Below, in pieces: positions 40,471-50,815 of a stretch of 52,493 nucleotides of DNA. Source of the DNA: an uncultured delta proteobacterium (GTDB lineage Bacteria; Desulfobacterota; WTBG01); assembly GCA_963793865.1 (NCBI GenBank), contig CAWCBP010000003.1:1-52493 (forward strand), read 5' to 3'. The translations under genes were made by a program, and so were the position numbers. The first letter of the stretch is position 1, and every line of letters starts with the position of its first letter. Below the pieces are notes generated by a model, which did no database searches, had not been told where the DNA came from, and saw only the letters and a list, made by a program, of their open reading frames with translations.

Positions 40471-41823
40471 TTACTGTAAATCCAAAAGCGGTTTACAGAC
40501 ACTGGCTGTCGGTTCCAGGATCTCCAGCATTGGTTTTGACATCCTGGCCAGTTTCTCCAGAATGTGCGGTCTCTCCTTTTGAATGCGCGGCACCAGGGAC
40601 TGAACCAGCTGCCCGAGATGCCCCATTGCCGCGTAGGGATTCCAGCACGGAGGCAGGGGATGCTGTACCAGGCTGAAAATGTAATTCAAATCTTCTTCGG
40701 AATCGATCACGAAGGGCAGTGCGAAGTTCATGATGTAGTCCTCGTGCCGGCAGCCTTCAATATAGGTGGTTTTCCACCACTTCAGATAGTCGGCTATGGC
40801 CCGGGGCTGCATTCCCACCCGCTCCTCCTTGACCGCCGCCGCTATGGCATTTCCCGCCTTCCAGCCGCTGATCATGGCGCCGGAATTTTCCAGCTCCTGG
40901 GTGGAGCCCGTGTCTCCCGCGAGAAGCACCCGGTCCCGGTAGGGCTCTATGACGGGGGAGAAGATATATTGCGCCGAGCTTAAGCATCCCTTTTGCTCCG
41001 CATGCTTAAACCAGGGGGCGAAAAAGGGATTTTCCTTCATGAAGTGCCGGGCAACCTCGTCCAGGTTTACCCTCGGGTCCAACGATAGAAAAACAACCGT
41101 GAGATCATCCCCGTACGGGCGGGGAAAGATGAACATGTATCCGGGAGCAACGGTCTTGTAGGTGATGCTGGAAATCAGGACATCGGTGGCCGGAGCCGCA
41201 ACATTGCTCATGTACCACCCCTTTGAAAAAAGATAGCAGTACGCCACCCGGTCACGGTTGAATCCCATCATTTTGGCGATGCTCGAATTGCAGCCGTCCG
41301 CCGCAATGGCATAGCGCGCGTCGAAGGTTTTGCCGCTGCCGCTCACGGTGACCCCTCCGGGAGCGGTAGAAATGCCGTTGACCTGAATACCCGGCTGCAC
41401 TTCAACGCCCGCGGCGACCGCTTCTTCAAGCATGCAGCGCAGCAGGATCTCCTTGTCGTAAGCAAAGGCGACTGCCCCGTCATCCCCCTTCTTTCTGGTT
41501 TCAGCGGGAAGTCCGAACGGAAGAAGCGTGCCGTCGGGAGAGTATATGTGCCAGGCATAGCAATTTTTGACCGGGCCGTCATAGGTAAAGCTGAGCCCGG
41601 ACCCGGGGAATCCGAATTTCTTCCCCCGCTGATTGTACATCACCAGGTCGCCGAAGTAGTATTCATTTACCGAAACGAACGTCTGTCCGCAGGTCCGCTC
41701 CAGGCGCGCGATGGATGATTTCCGTTCAAGCAGCACAACATCAAGCCCCGCGACCGCGGCCGCCCTGGCGGCGAGCAAACCTGAAGGGCCTGCGCCTATT
41801 ACGATAAGATCATGTTTATTCAT
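40471..41823 (-). CDS. Geranylgeranyl reductase/FixC-family FAD oxidoreductase
   Basis: IGAGPSG, AADG, LAGD, GAMISG. Confidence 0.8.
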   Translation of the reverse strand: MNKHDLIVIGAGPSGLLAARAAAVAGLDVVLLERKSSIARLERTCGQTFVSVNEYYFGDLVMYNQRGKKFGFPGSGLSFTYDGPVKNCYAWHIYSPDGTLLPFGLPAETRKKGDDGAVAFAYDKEILLRCMLEEAVAAGVEVQPGIQVNGISTAPGGVTVSGSGKTFDARYAIAADGCNSSIAKMMGFNRDRVAYCYLFSKGWYMSNVAAPATDVLISSITYKTVAPGYMFIFPRPYGDDLTVVFLSLDPRVNLDEVARHFMKENPFFAPWFKHAEQKGCLSSAQYIFSPVIEPYRDRVLLAGDTGSTQELENSGAMISGWKAGNAIAAAVKEERVGMQPRAIADYLKWWKTTYIEGCRHEDYIMNFALPFVIDSEEDLNYIFSLVQHPLPPCWNPYAAMGHLGQLVQSLVPRIQKERPHILEKLARMSKPMLEILEPTASVCKPLLDLQ

Positions 41824-42032
41824 CGGCTATCCCTTGTGCGCCATTCCCGCGCTTTAAACAGGGCATTCAGCGCTGTCTTTATGATGTGCCCACAGTCGAA
41901 GGCGGCAGGAGGCGCTTTTTTTACCTGCTGAAGACAAGGCCTGCCGCAGGATAATTGCACGAATGGATAGCATTCTTTGATTATCATTGCAAGTGTAAAA
42001 AAGGGAAAAAGTTCGAAAAAGCAAGTTATCTC

Positions 42033-42061
42033 TTGATTCGAAGTCAGGAGTCGTATATAAT
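42033..42061 (+). promoter_or_regulatory. sigma70 promoter of ftsB
   Basis: TTGATT-17nt-TATAAT. Confidence 0.6.
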
Positions 42062-42106
42062 CTCACTGCCGTCAAGCGACAGATGATAATGCGGTGAGGA
42101 GAACCA

Positions 42107-42415
42107 ATGATAAAGCATCTTTCCGGTACCTGGGGTTTTTTTGGAATAGTGGTTTTGAGCATGGTCATCGCGCTCTTTGCCTGCTTTGGCAACAGAGGTC
42201 TCAGCGAGGTATATGCCCTGCAGCAGGAACTGGAGCAGATTGTTTCCGTTAACCGGGATTTGCAGCAGGAGAATGAATACCTGGCACACTATGTTCGCCT
42301 GCTCAAGAACGATACCGCATTAATTGAGAAGATCGCCCGTGAAGAGCTCGGTCTGGTTCGCGCGGGTGAGATGGTATATTTTTTTGAAAACAAGGAACTG
42401 CATGACAGTGATTGA
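42107..42415 (+). CDS. ftsB: Septum formation initiator FtsB/DivIC
   Basis: TM helix, FGNRGL, coiled coil, IEKIAREELGLVRAGE; GAGGAG RBS. Confidence 0.88.
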   Translation: MIKHLSGTWGFFGIVVLSMVIALFACFGNRGLSEVYALQQELEQIVSVNRDLQQENEYLAHYVRLLKNDTALIEKIAREELGLVRAGEMVYFFENKELHDSD

Positions 42416-42641
42416 ATAAAAATCATGCAGCCTGCGGAAGGTACCCGCCTCTCAGCAGCAGACTCCATAAACGCCTCACGGCAAAACACCCCTGGTTGAA
42501 ATCCTTCACCATCAGTCCGCAGTTCTTTTTCTTCACACGCCTTTTTTTATGAGCATTCCCTGCTAGTGTAGAGTGTCCAACACATCTTTACCTATGAAAG
42601 GCTCCTATGCGTTGCGAATGCAATGCTGTAGCAGAGGTTCA

Positions 42642-42862
42642 GTGGCTCATGGGGAGGGGGCTTTAGACGCCACAACAATGTGTCTTTGGGCTTACGGCAC
42701 GACCCGTTGCCTTCGACTTGAACCGAAAGCAGGCAGCGTTGCGGAGACTTCGATACGGCTGTTACCATGCGGGTCTGTCGGACAAAGTTAGAGAGATGCT
42801 GCCATTCTACAGGTTCCGAATAATTTTGTTGTGGCGTTACAAGCCCCCTCCCCATGAGCCAC
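42642..42862. repeat. 37-bp inverted repeat enclosing 147 bp (candidate structured RNA or invertible element)
   Basis: 42642-42678 gtggctcatggggagggggctttagacgccacaacaa matches the reverse complement of 42826-42862 at 34/37 positions. Confidence 0.92.
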
Positions 42863-43147
42863 ATATAAATAAAGGAATCAATGACGCACTACACGAGCCC
42901 ATAAAGCAGGGCATGGCGCTGCCGTGCGTAAAATAACAAAAAAGTGCAACTCTTTTTGATAAGTTAAAGAAATACAATACGATGAATTAACTTTAGATCT
43001 ATAATTTATTATCAATTATTTTCTTTTTCTAACATTTTCTAACATCAGTTAAAAAAAATTAAATTTTTGACTCAAGTAATTTAATGCCCTGCCGATAGTC
43101 CTATCACATTGTTTGCATCCACATCCAAGAACTGATCGCATCCGCCA

Positions 43148-43345
43148 ATGAAAAGCAGTGAAGTAAGAAAATATCGCGAAAGTCTTCTGATCAGCAAGGC
43201 AGAGCTGGCCCGCAAGGCCGGGCTTTCAGCGCTCACCATTGATCGCATAGAAAAAGGAAAAGGCTGCAGGCCCGAAACGAAGCGCAAGATACTGATCGCC
43301 CTGGGCCTCAAATTATCCGATCGGGAAAAGCTGTTTAACGATTAA
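43148..43345 (+). CDS. XRE-family HTH protein
   Basis: 65 aa; SKAELARKAGLSALTIDRIEKG. Confidence 0.85.
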   Translation: MKSSEVRKYRESLLISKAELARKAGLSALTIDRIEKGKGCRPETKRKILIALGLKLSDREKLFND

Positions 43346-43384
43346 CGGCATCGGCAAAAACTGATTATGTATGATGAGGTTGCT

Positions 43385-44449
43385 ATGGGATTGGGAAACG
43401 TGATCATGTCAAAATCAAAAAACGTCGTGGGCCTCGACATCGGTACCAACTCCATAAAGCTGGTTGAGGTTGAAGAATCAAAGGGAGGGTTCCGCCTGAA
43501 GAATTTCGGCGTCAGCCCCATACCCAAGGATTCCATCGTCAACGGCGCCATAGTCAACCACGATGCGCTGGTAGGCTCCATCCAGCAACTGCTTTCCAAC
43601 CTGAAGGTTAAAACACGGGACGTGGTCGCCTCCGTCTCCGGCCATCCGGTCATCATAAAAAAGATATCCATGCCGCAGACAGCGGCGGAGGAGCTGGAAG
43701 AGTCCATCAAGTTCGAGGCGGAGCAGTATATTCCCTTTGATCTGGATGAGGTGAACATAGACTATCAGATTCTGTCCTCCGAGGAGGAGAAGGCTGACCA
43801 TATGTCCGTCATGCTGGTGGCGGCCAAGAAGGTGATGATCAGCGATTATGTCAAGCTCATCACCGACGCGGGCCTGAACCCGGTCATACTCGACATTGAT
43901 GTGTTTGCCCTGGAGAATGCCTTCGAGATTAATTATCCGCCCGATGAGCCCCAGACCGTAGCCCTGATCGATATAGGCGCAAGCACCATCAACATTAATA
44001 TCATCAAGGCCGGGCTTTCGGCCTTCACCCGGGATATTTTCCTGGGCGGCAACCAGATCACCGAGGACATCCAGAAGCACTTCGGCATCAGCTTCGATGA
44101 GGCGGAGACGCTCAAAACCAGCGGCGACATTAACAACCCCGAGTTCGGGGGAAAAGACATCGTCAAAAGGGCGTGCGACTCCATGGTCTCTGAAATTCAG
44201 AAATCGCTGGATTTCTACAGCTCAACCACCTATGAGCAGATTGCCAAAATCTATCTCAGCGGCGGATGCGCCCGGATACCCTTTATGAGGGAGCGCGTTG
44301 CGGAAAAGCTCAACATCCCCACAGAGGTCATCGACTGCATGAGGACGGTAACCTATGACGAGAATGTATTTGACCCGGAATACATCAAAGATATAACCCC
44401 CGTGGCCTCGGTCGGCGTCGGACTGGCCCTGAGGCGATTAGGTGACTGA
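43385..44449 (+). CDS. pilM: Type IV pilus assembly protein PilM
   Basis: GLDIGTNSIK, EAEQYIPF, IDIGAS, GGNQIT, LSGG, VGLALR. Confidence 0.95.
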   Translation: MGLGNVIMSKSKNVVGLDIGTNSIKLVEVEESKGGFRLKNFGVSPIPKDSIVNGAIVNHDALVGSIQQLLSNLKVKTRDVVASVSGHPVIIKKISMPQTAAEELEESIKFEAEQYIPFDLDEVNIDYQILSSEEEKADHMSVMLVAAKKVMISDYVKLITDAGLNPVILDIDVFALENAFEINYPPDEPQTVALIDIGASTININIIKAGLSAFTRDIFLGGNQITEDIQKHFGISFDEAETLKTSGDINNPEFGGKDIVKRACDSMVSEIQKSLDFYSSTTYEQIAKIYLSGGCARIPFMRERVAEKLNIPTEVIDCMRTVTYDENVFDPEYIKDITPVASVGVGLALRRLGD

Positions 44450-45009
44450 TGATAAAAATTAATTTGCTGCCGTATCGGGACATACTGAAAAAGAAGAATA
44501 TCTTCAATCACATGTTCACCACCGGGGTGACGCTCGGCTGCGCGCTGCTCGTGGTACTGGCGGCCAATATTCTGATCACCAGCAGAATCAGCGCTGTCGA
44601 GCGCGAGACCGTGCGGGTGGAGGCCGAGATCGCCAGCAACAAAAAAATTGTCGAGGAGATAGAAAAGCTCAAGGCCGAAAAGGAGCTGTACCGGAAGCAG
44701 CTCGAGGTGATTGAAAACCTTAAAAAGGGGACCAAAGGCCCGGTGCTGCTGCTCGACCGGCTTGCGACCAGCATGCCGGAGAGAACATGGCTCTTAAGCC
44801 TCAAGCAGCAGGGGGCAAACCTTGAGATTGTCGGCGCGGCCCTGGATAACCGGTCCATATCCATCCTCATGTCCAATCTCAAGGCGAGCAAATATTTTGA
44901 AAAAGTGGATCTGGTCACGACAGAAATGAAGCTTTCGAAAGGGAGCAAGGGCAAAGTCAAGACAAAGATGAATGTCTTCACACTTACCTGTACCGTACCG
45001 GTGAGCTAA
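44449..45009 (+). CDS. pilN: Type IV pilus assembly protein PilN
   Basis: MIKINLLP, TM helix, coiled coil. Confidence 0.93.
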   Translation: MIKINLLPYRDILKKKNIFNHMFTTGVTLGCALLVVLAANILITSRISAVERETVRVEAEIASNKKIVEEIEKLKAEKELYRKQLEVIENLKKGTKGPVLLLDRLATSMPERTWLLSLKQQGANLEIVGAALDNRSISILMSNLKASKYFEKVDLVTTEMKLSKGSKGKVKTKMNVFTLTCTVPVS

Positions 45010-45027
45010 CAGGTCAAGGACGAGCGT

Positions 45028-45642
45028 ATGGCTAAAATTAATGTAGATTCCATCGTTAGGTTACCACGGCTTCAGAAGGTAGGAATGCTCTGCGGGGCGG
45101 TGCTGCTCATTTTCGGGCTGTACTGGTTTCTGGTGTACCGGGACTATTCAGAGAAACTGGATGCCAGGCAGGCGGTCCTTACCAAAAAGCAGCAGGAGCT
45201 CAATGAGCAGTTGGTTATCCTGGCCGATCTGCCCAAGTTCAGAAAAGAAACCGCGGACATGAAGAGCAAGCGCCAGAAGGCCCTTGAGCAGCTGCCCAAC
45301 GAGAAGGACATTGACAGGCTGCTGGAGGACATTTCCTCGCTGGCCATTGAGTCCGGATTGGAAATTCTGCTCTTCAAGCCCGAGCAGGAAGTGAAAAGGA
45401 ATTTTTACGCGGAGATTCCCGTCGAGCTGAAGCTTTCCGGAGGCTATCACGATCTGGCGCTGTTTTATGACAAGATAGCCAATCTTCCCCGCATCGTCAA
45501 TGTGTCCGAGCTGCTGATTGAGAAGCCGCAGGAAGTGGACGGGAGGAACATCCTCCAGGCGTCCTGCACGGCAAAAACCTATAAATTCATTGAAGAGAAG
45601 CCCGGTGAACAAGATAAACAGGACAAGAAAAAGAAAAAGTAG
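45028..45642 (+). CDS. pilO: Type IV pilus assembly protein PilO
   Basis: QLP.EKDI..LL, FYAEIPV, GGYHDL, LPRIVNV. Confidence 0.93.
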   Translation: MAKINVDSIVRLPRLQKVGMLCGAVLLIFGLYWFLVYRDYSEKLDARQAVLTKKQQELNEQLVILADLPKFRKETADMKSKRQKALEQLPNEKDIDRLLEDISSLAIESGLEILLFKPEQEVKRNFYAEIPVELKLSGGYHDLALFYDKIANLPRIVNVSELLIEKPQEVDGRNILQASCTAKTYKFIEEKPGEQDKQDKKKKK

Positions 45643-46192
45643 AGAGTCGCTCTTTGCTGCCCTGTTTGTGGCAGCAGCGTGCCTTTTTGCGCTGTCCGGC
45701 TGCGGCGAGGGGTCAAAGCCCCCGGCACAGCAGCAGAAGGCCGAAGCCGTTAAGCAGGCGCCGGATAAGAAGCCGGTAGCTGTGGCTGCCGCGGAGGTGA
45801 AAAAAGCTCCTCCCGAGCCTGTCGGCTATCACTATGATCCCATGGGCAAGATCGACCCGTTTGTTCCCCTGGTGCGGGAGGTGGAGGGTATGGATGCGCA
45901 GGTGCTGGAGGAAGGCCCGCTTACCCCTCTCCAGCGTTACGCGCTTGCCGAACTGAAGCTGGTTGCGGTTATTGTCGCGGGCGACCAGTCGAAGGCAATG
46001 GTGGAAGACGGCAAGGGAGACGGGTATATTCTCTCCAAGGGAACCCTGGTCGGCAACAAGCACGGCCAGGTTACGGAAATCAAGCAAAACGAGGTTGTGA
46101 TTGCGGAAAAGGAAATCAATCCCAGCACCGGCGGAATTATACAGAAAACAGTGTCTCTTGTGCTCCATAAATCAGAGGAGGAAGAATTATGA
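45605..46192 (+). CDS. pilP: Type IV pilus lipoprotein PilP
   Basis: Probable GTG start; lipobox LSGC, DPFVP, PLQRY.L.ELKLV. Confidence 0.9.
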   Translation: MNKINRTRKRKSRESLFAALFVAAACLFALSGCGEGSKPPAQQQKAEAVKQAPDKKPVAVAAAEVKKAPPEPVGYHYDPMGKIDPFVPLVREVEGMDAQVLEEGPLTPLQRYALAELKLVAVIVAGDQSKAMVEDGKGDGYILSKGTLVGNKHGQVTEIKQNEVVIAEKEINPSTGGIIQKTVSLVLHKSEEEEL

Positions 46193-48487
46193 GATCTGCG
46201 TATCCTGACAGGGTATATCATAAATGGTTGGTGCCGGCAGCCGCGGCTCTGGTGCTGTTGGCTGCAGGTTACTGCAGTGACGGCCTTACCGGTGCGGCAT
46301 CAATGGCCGGCGGGAAAATTGCTTACGCCGAGGAGGCCGCGGATGCCCCCGCCCTGATCACGGGCATTGAGGTCAGCCGCCAGGAGCAGGATACGCTGGT
46401 CACCATAAGCGGATCAAAACCCCTGACCTACACGGCGGTCAAGCTGCAGGCGCCGCTCAAAATCATGGTTGACATGCCCGATTGCAGCATGGAAAAAACC
46501 ATGGGTCCCGGCGGTGTCGACAGCGACCTGGTCAGCGAAGTAACCGGTCAGGCGATACAAAAGGGTGAGCGGAATTACCTGCGGGTCGAGATCGCGCTTA
46601 AGCAAGATGTTACCTACACGGTCAATCCCGAGCTTTCCAATCTCGTCATCAGGATGACGGCGGCCGAGGAGCCGGCTCAAGCAGCGGAAGCAGAAGCAGA
46701 AACAGAAGCGGAAACCCCGCAGACTGCCGCCCTGCCGGCCGAAAGGGAGGGGAAGATTGTAGACCTGGAAATCAGAACTGATGATGTGGGGTTCACGGTG
46801 GTGGCGGATAACATGATAAGCAGCTACAACACCATTCAGCTTGATAATCCAGCCCGCCTGGTGATCGATATCCCCGGCGTGAAGGATGGGCTGGGAAAGA
46901 CGCTTTACTCCCCGCAATCATCCCTGGTGGATAAAATCAAGGTGGGCCAGCACCCCGGAAAAGTGCGCCTCGCCGTTTACTTTAAAGGGAGAATCCCCGC
47001 TTATACCATCGAGAAGGAAAACAACAAGCTGCTGGTGAACTGGGCTGCAAATACTCAGGCGGGCAAGCCGACTCCTGCCCCAGCTCCTGAAGACGCCGGC
47101 GAGAAACCGGTGATGGAAGCAGCTGCCGACGGCCAGACCGGCGATGCGGAAGAGGTGGTAGAGGAGGAGAAGGAGAAGGTGTACACCGGACAGAAAATAT
47201 CACTGGATTTCAAGGATGCGGATGTCAGAAACATACTGCGCTTAATTGCTGATGTCAGCGGTCTCAATATTATTGTCAGCGATAATGTTAAGGGAAAGGT
47301 TACTATAAAACTTGATAATGTGCCCTGGGACGAGGTGCTGGATATCATCCTGGAAACCAACAACCTGGGCAAAATATGGTCCAAGAGCGTTATGCGAATT
47401 GATACCCAGGAGGACATCAGGCGCATCAGTGATGACCAGTACAAGGCCTTGAAGTCCCGGGAAAAGGTGGCAGAGTCTGCAGACCGTGGTCATGGATATT
47501 ATTTACCGGGATGCAAAAGACGTTGCAAAACTTCTGCAGGAGGAGAAAGAGCTCTCCAGCGAGCGGGGCATCATCACGGTTGACCCGAACCTGAACCGGC
47601 TGGTGGTAACCGATACGCCTGAAAAAATCGCCATGGTCAAGGAGCGGATTTCCCGCTACGACGACCGGACGGTGCGCCAGGTCTTTATTGAAGCCAGGAT
47701 TGTGCAGTCCATTCCCACCTATACCAAGGAGATCGGTATCCAGTGGGGCGGCCCCTATTCCACGACCGGTGATGGAGGGGATACGGTGTATGGTGTTGCC
47801 GGCGCATCGGGTGTGGAATTTGAGAGGGAAGAGGTGACGGATCCGGTTACGGGCCTGACCACGGAGCTGGTCAACGTGCTGGGCGGCCCGGTGATTGATT
47901 TGCCCGCCGCCGTGGGTCTTGGCGCGGGAGGCGGCATCGGTTTCGGGATTTTGCGCGATAATCTGGAGTTGACGGCAACCCTTACTGCCCTGGAAAAAGA
48001 CGAAAAGGTAAAGATTATCTCCAACCCGCGGGTTTTAAGCATCGATAAGAATGAGGCGCTGATCAAGCAGGGAGTCGCGCTGCCCTATCTCAAGCTGAGC
48101 GAGGAAGGTGTGACCTCCACCGAGTTTAAAGACGCCGTTCTGGAGCTCAAGGTGACACCCACCATTCTTTCCGAAAAGATCATCAAGATTGATCTGAGGG
48201 TTAAAAAGGATCAGAAATCCGCACAGACCGGTGCAGGCGGTGAGCCCGGTATTGACATCCGTGAGGCTCAGACGGTGTTGATGGTGGAAAGCGGCAGGAC
48301 CGTGGTAATCGGCGGTATTTATGAAGAGACAAGCAATATTATCAGATCAGGCGTGCCCTTTTTCTCTGACATTCCCGGCCTGGGAAGAATGTTCAGGAAT
48401 GACTTTAACAAGAAGGAACTGACAGAACTGCTCATCTTTGTGACGACGACGATTGTGCCCAGGGAGATTGTGGGCTCAGGTGCCTAA
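46189..48487 (+). CDS. pilQ: Type IV pilus secretin PilQ with AMIN domains (frameshift ~47480)
   Basis: PARLVIDIPG, YTGQKISLDFKDAD, NVPWD, QVFIEARIV, LELKVTP, GVPFFSDIPGLG. Confidence 0.95.
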
Positions 48488-48534
48488 GCAAGGGTTGCGA
48501 TACAATTTATTAAATTGTAAGAGGAGGAAATACA

Positions 48535-50109
48535 ATGGCTAAGAATCTGTTAAGAATGTTCCTGGTAATCTCATTCGTGGCTGGCTGCGGAGGCGTCAAG
48601 GAAACCGTCGTCCCGGTGACGGGGGTCGCAACAGGGGGCGGCGCGGTCGAGGTGGGCGTTAATAAGGTGGCCATCTTTCCCTTTGCGGACTATTCCCTCC
48701 AGCAGGATGCCCTGTGCGGTGACCAGTGGGGGGGGAATATTAAGATTGTTGAAGAGGTAACCGATTACTTCGTCCAGCGCGGTATCCGGGTTGCCGTTCA
48801 GGAGGACGTGAACACCGTCCTCGAGGACCATGACATTATCAAGCCTCTTGCCGGCGATCACCCCGCGTACGGCTCGGGTGGTGGCGAAAGGTATACGAGC
48901 AGGCTCATCGGAACACCCGAGTATGATCTGGTGAATGTCGAGCACTCTAATGATATGCGGGATGAGATTTTTAACGTCATCAAACGTGAACGTGCCCTCG
49001 AACAAACTGAACAAATACCTGCGCCAACCCCCGCGATTCAGGGTGCGTCGGCGGGACTGAGCAAGGACATGGTGCAACAGCTCGGCGAAGAGCTTGGGGC
49101 GGATCTCATTATCCGGGGCAGAATTATCGAGTATGGATTCAAGGAGACGGACACCTACAATCCGCTCGACAGGGGCTTCCTCCCGGTTCTCTATGAGCCG
49201 ATCAAGGATGTCTTCTTCGGCGCCCCTAAGGCTAAGAATTACGAATCCGATCTGGACGATCTTGACTTTTCCCAGCTCGGTGAAGGATTGGGTTTCCTCT
49301 TCGGGGAGAAGACCGAGGATGACGTGGTGGGAGCATGGGATGTGGCAATGGATAACAGCTTCGGCACCGTGGCAAATCTCTATCCCCGGAAGAAACGGGT
49401 AAGCTCCGTGGTGCAAATCCGCCTCTATGCCCAGGACTCCGAAAGCGGGGATGTAATCTGGTCAAACCGGGTGGAGACGGAGTACCATCCCGTCAGCAAT
49501 CTGGCCTTTAACAACCGGCACGAGAAAACCATGCTGGATAAGAATGTGCGAAAGGGTGTAAAACTACTGATGGATGATCTGTTCTCCTGCATTACTCTCA
49601 AGGCGGGCAAAGGCGCCGGCGAGAAGGTGGCGGGAGGGGCGGGGGATAAGGCCCTCGAAAAGGATTTGCAGGATGCCCTGGAAGGCAGCGAAAATATAGG
49701 GATCAGCCAGGAGGGCGGAAAAACCTGCATTACCCTCCCGGAGGTGGTTTTATTTCCTTCAGGAAGTGACGCGCTTACGGCGCAGGGAACAAAAGCGCTC
49801 ATGAGCATCAGCAAGGTTCTGGAAGGGTATCCCAACCGGGCCATCAATATTGAAGGTCACACGGATAACGTTCCCATCGGTCCCAGGCTGGTCAACAAGT
49901 TTGCCAGCAACTGGGAACTTTCCACGGCCCGTGCCATCAGCGTCATGAACTACATGACCGAACATTATAATCTGAACCGGTCCCTCATGGCGGTAAAGGG
50001 ATACGGGCCCTATAAGCCCGTGGCCGACAACGGCAGTAACGAGGGAAGGGCTCAAAACCGGCGGGTGGTCATCGTCGTGGGGCAGCCGGCCGTCGCCTCC
50101 AGCAAATGA
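48535..50109 (+). CDS. Lipoprotein with C-terminal OmpA/MotB peptidoglycan-binding domain
   Basis: Lipobox VAGC; IEGHTDN, NWELSTARA, NRRV. Confidence 0.85.
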   Translation: MAKNLLRMFLVISFVAGCGGVKETVVPVTGVATGGGAVEVGVNKVAIFPFADYSLQQDALCGDQWGGNIKIVEEVTDYFVQRGIRVAVQEDVNTVLEDHDIIKPLAGDHPAYGSGGGERYTSRLIGTPEYDLVNVEHSNDMRDEIFNVIKRERALEQTEQIPAPTPAIQGASAGLSKDMVQQLGEELGADLIIRGRIIEYGFKETDTYNPLDRGFLPVLYEPIKDVFFGAPKAKNYESDLDDLDFSQLGEGLGFLFGEKTEDDVVGAWDVAMDNSFGTVANLYPRKKRVSSVVQIRLYAQDSESGDVIWSNRVETEYHPVSNLAFNNRHEKTMLDKNVRKGVKLLMDDLFSCITLKAGKGAGEKVAGGAGDKALEKDLQDALEGSENIGISQEGGKTCITLPEVVLFPSGSDALTAQGTKALMSISKVLEGYPNRAINIEGHTDNVPIGPRLVNKFASNWELSTARAISVMNYMTEHYNLNRSLMAVKGYGPYKPVADNGSNEGRAQNRRVVIVVGQPAVASSK

Positions 50110-50147
50110 CACGCCGCCTGACCTGTCTCTGAGGCTGAACACACCAC

Positions 50148-50184
50148 GCCTCTCCGCCTGTAAAGGGCAGAGAGGCATTTTTTT
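50148..50184 (+). terminator. Rho-independent terminator of the pil operon
   Basis: gcctctccgcc...ggcagagaggc followed by a T run. Confidence 0.7.
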
Positions 50185-50259
50185 ATTTACTGTTCATGCA
50201 AATGGTATATTATACAAAGCGGCGAGCCACGCCGGTAACAACACTCAGAGGAGGAGTCG

Positions 50260-50703
50260 GTGAAACATATACTTATTATCCACGGCCCCAATCTCAATCT
50301 TCTCGGCAGGCGGGAAAAGGATATATACGGCCACAGCTCCCTGGATGACATTAACCGGCAGCTGGCGTCACTGGCGGACGAGCTTAAGGTGTCCGTCTCT
50401 TTTTTCCAGTCAAACTCCGAGGGGGATCTGGTAAACGCCGTACAGAACGCCCTGGGCACATACGACGCCCTGGTCATCAATCCCGGCGCCTATACCCACA
50501 CCAGCATTGCCCTGAGGGATGCCATCGCGGGCACCGAACTCCCGGCCGTGGAGGTGCATTTATCCAACATTTACAGGCGTGAAGAGTTCCGGAAAAAATC
50601 AATGCTGGCCGACGTGGCGGTGGGACAGATCACGGGGTTTCAAGTTGACAGCTACCTGCTCGGTCTGCGCGCGGCGGTCAATTACCTGAGAAATCAGTCG
50701 TAA
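50260..50703 (+). CDS. aroQ: Type II 3-dehydroquinate dehydratase
   Basis: [38 protein letters not shown]. Confidence 0.96.
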   Translation: MKHILIIHGPNLNLLGRREKDIYGHSSLDDINRQLASLADELKVSVSFFQSNSEGDLVNAVQNALGTYDALVINPGAYTHTSIALRDAIAGTELPAVEVHLSNIYRREEFRKKSMLADVAVGQITGFQVDSYLLGLRAAVNYLRNQS

Positions 50704-50740
50704 ACATACCTCTGTAATGTGGGGATTCTTTTATAATACT

Positions 50741-50768
50741 GTAGGGGCGACCGGCCGGTCGCCCTTAC
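50741..50768. repeat. GTAG-family REP palindrome
   Basis: gtaggggcgaccgg|ccggtcgcccttac. Confidence 0.75.
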
Positions 50769-50815
50769 ATGTGTGCAGGGATGATGACAGGAATATAAGA
50801 GAAGAAAAATGATGC

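Noticed and set aside
42642..42862. Calling the element a retron or 6S RNA
   Set aside because: No reverse transcriptase in the window; a branched interior and near-perfect 37-bp stem do not fit 6S despite a CTTGAACC motif
42573..42936. Short ORFs over the inverted-repeat element
   Set aside because: Overlapping on both strands; the shared LLWR.KPPPHEP peptide is a by-product of the repeat; no clear RBS
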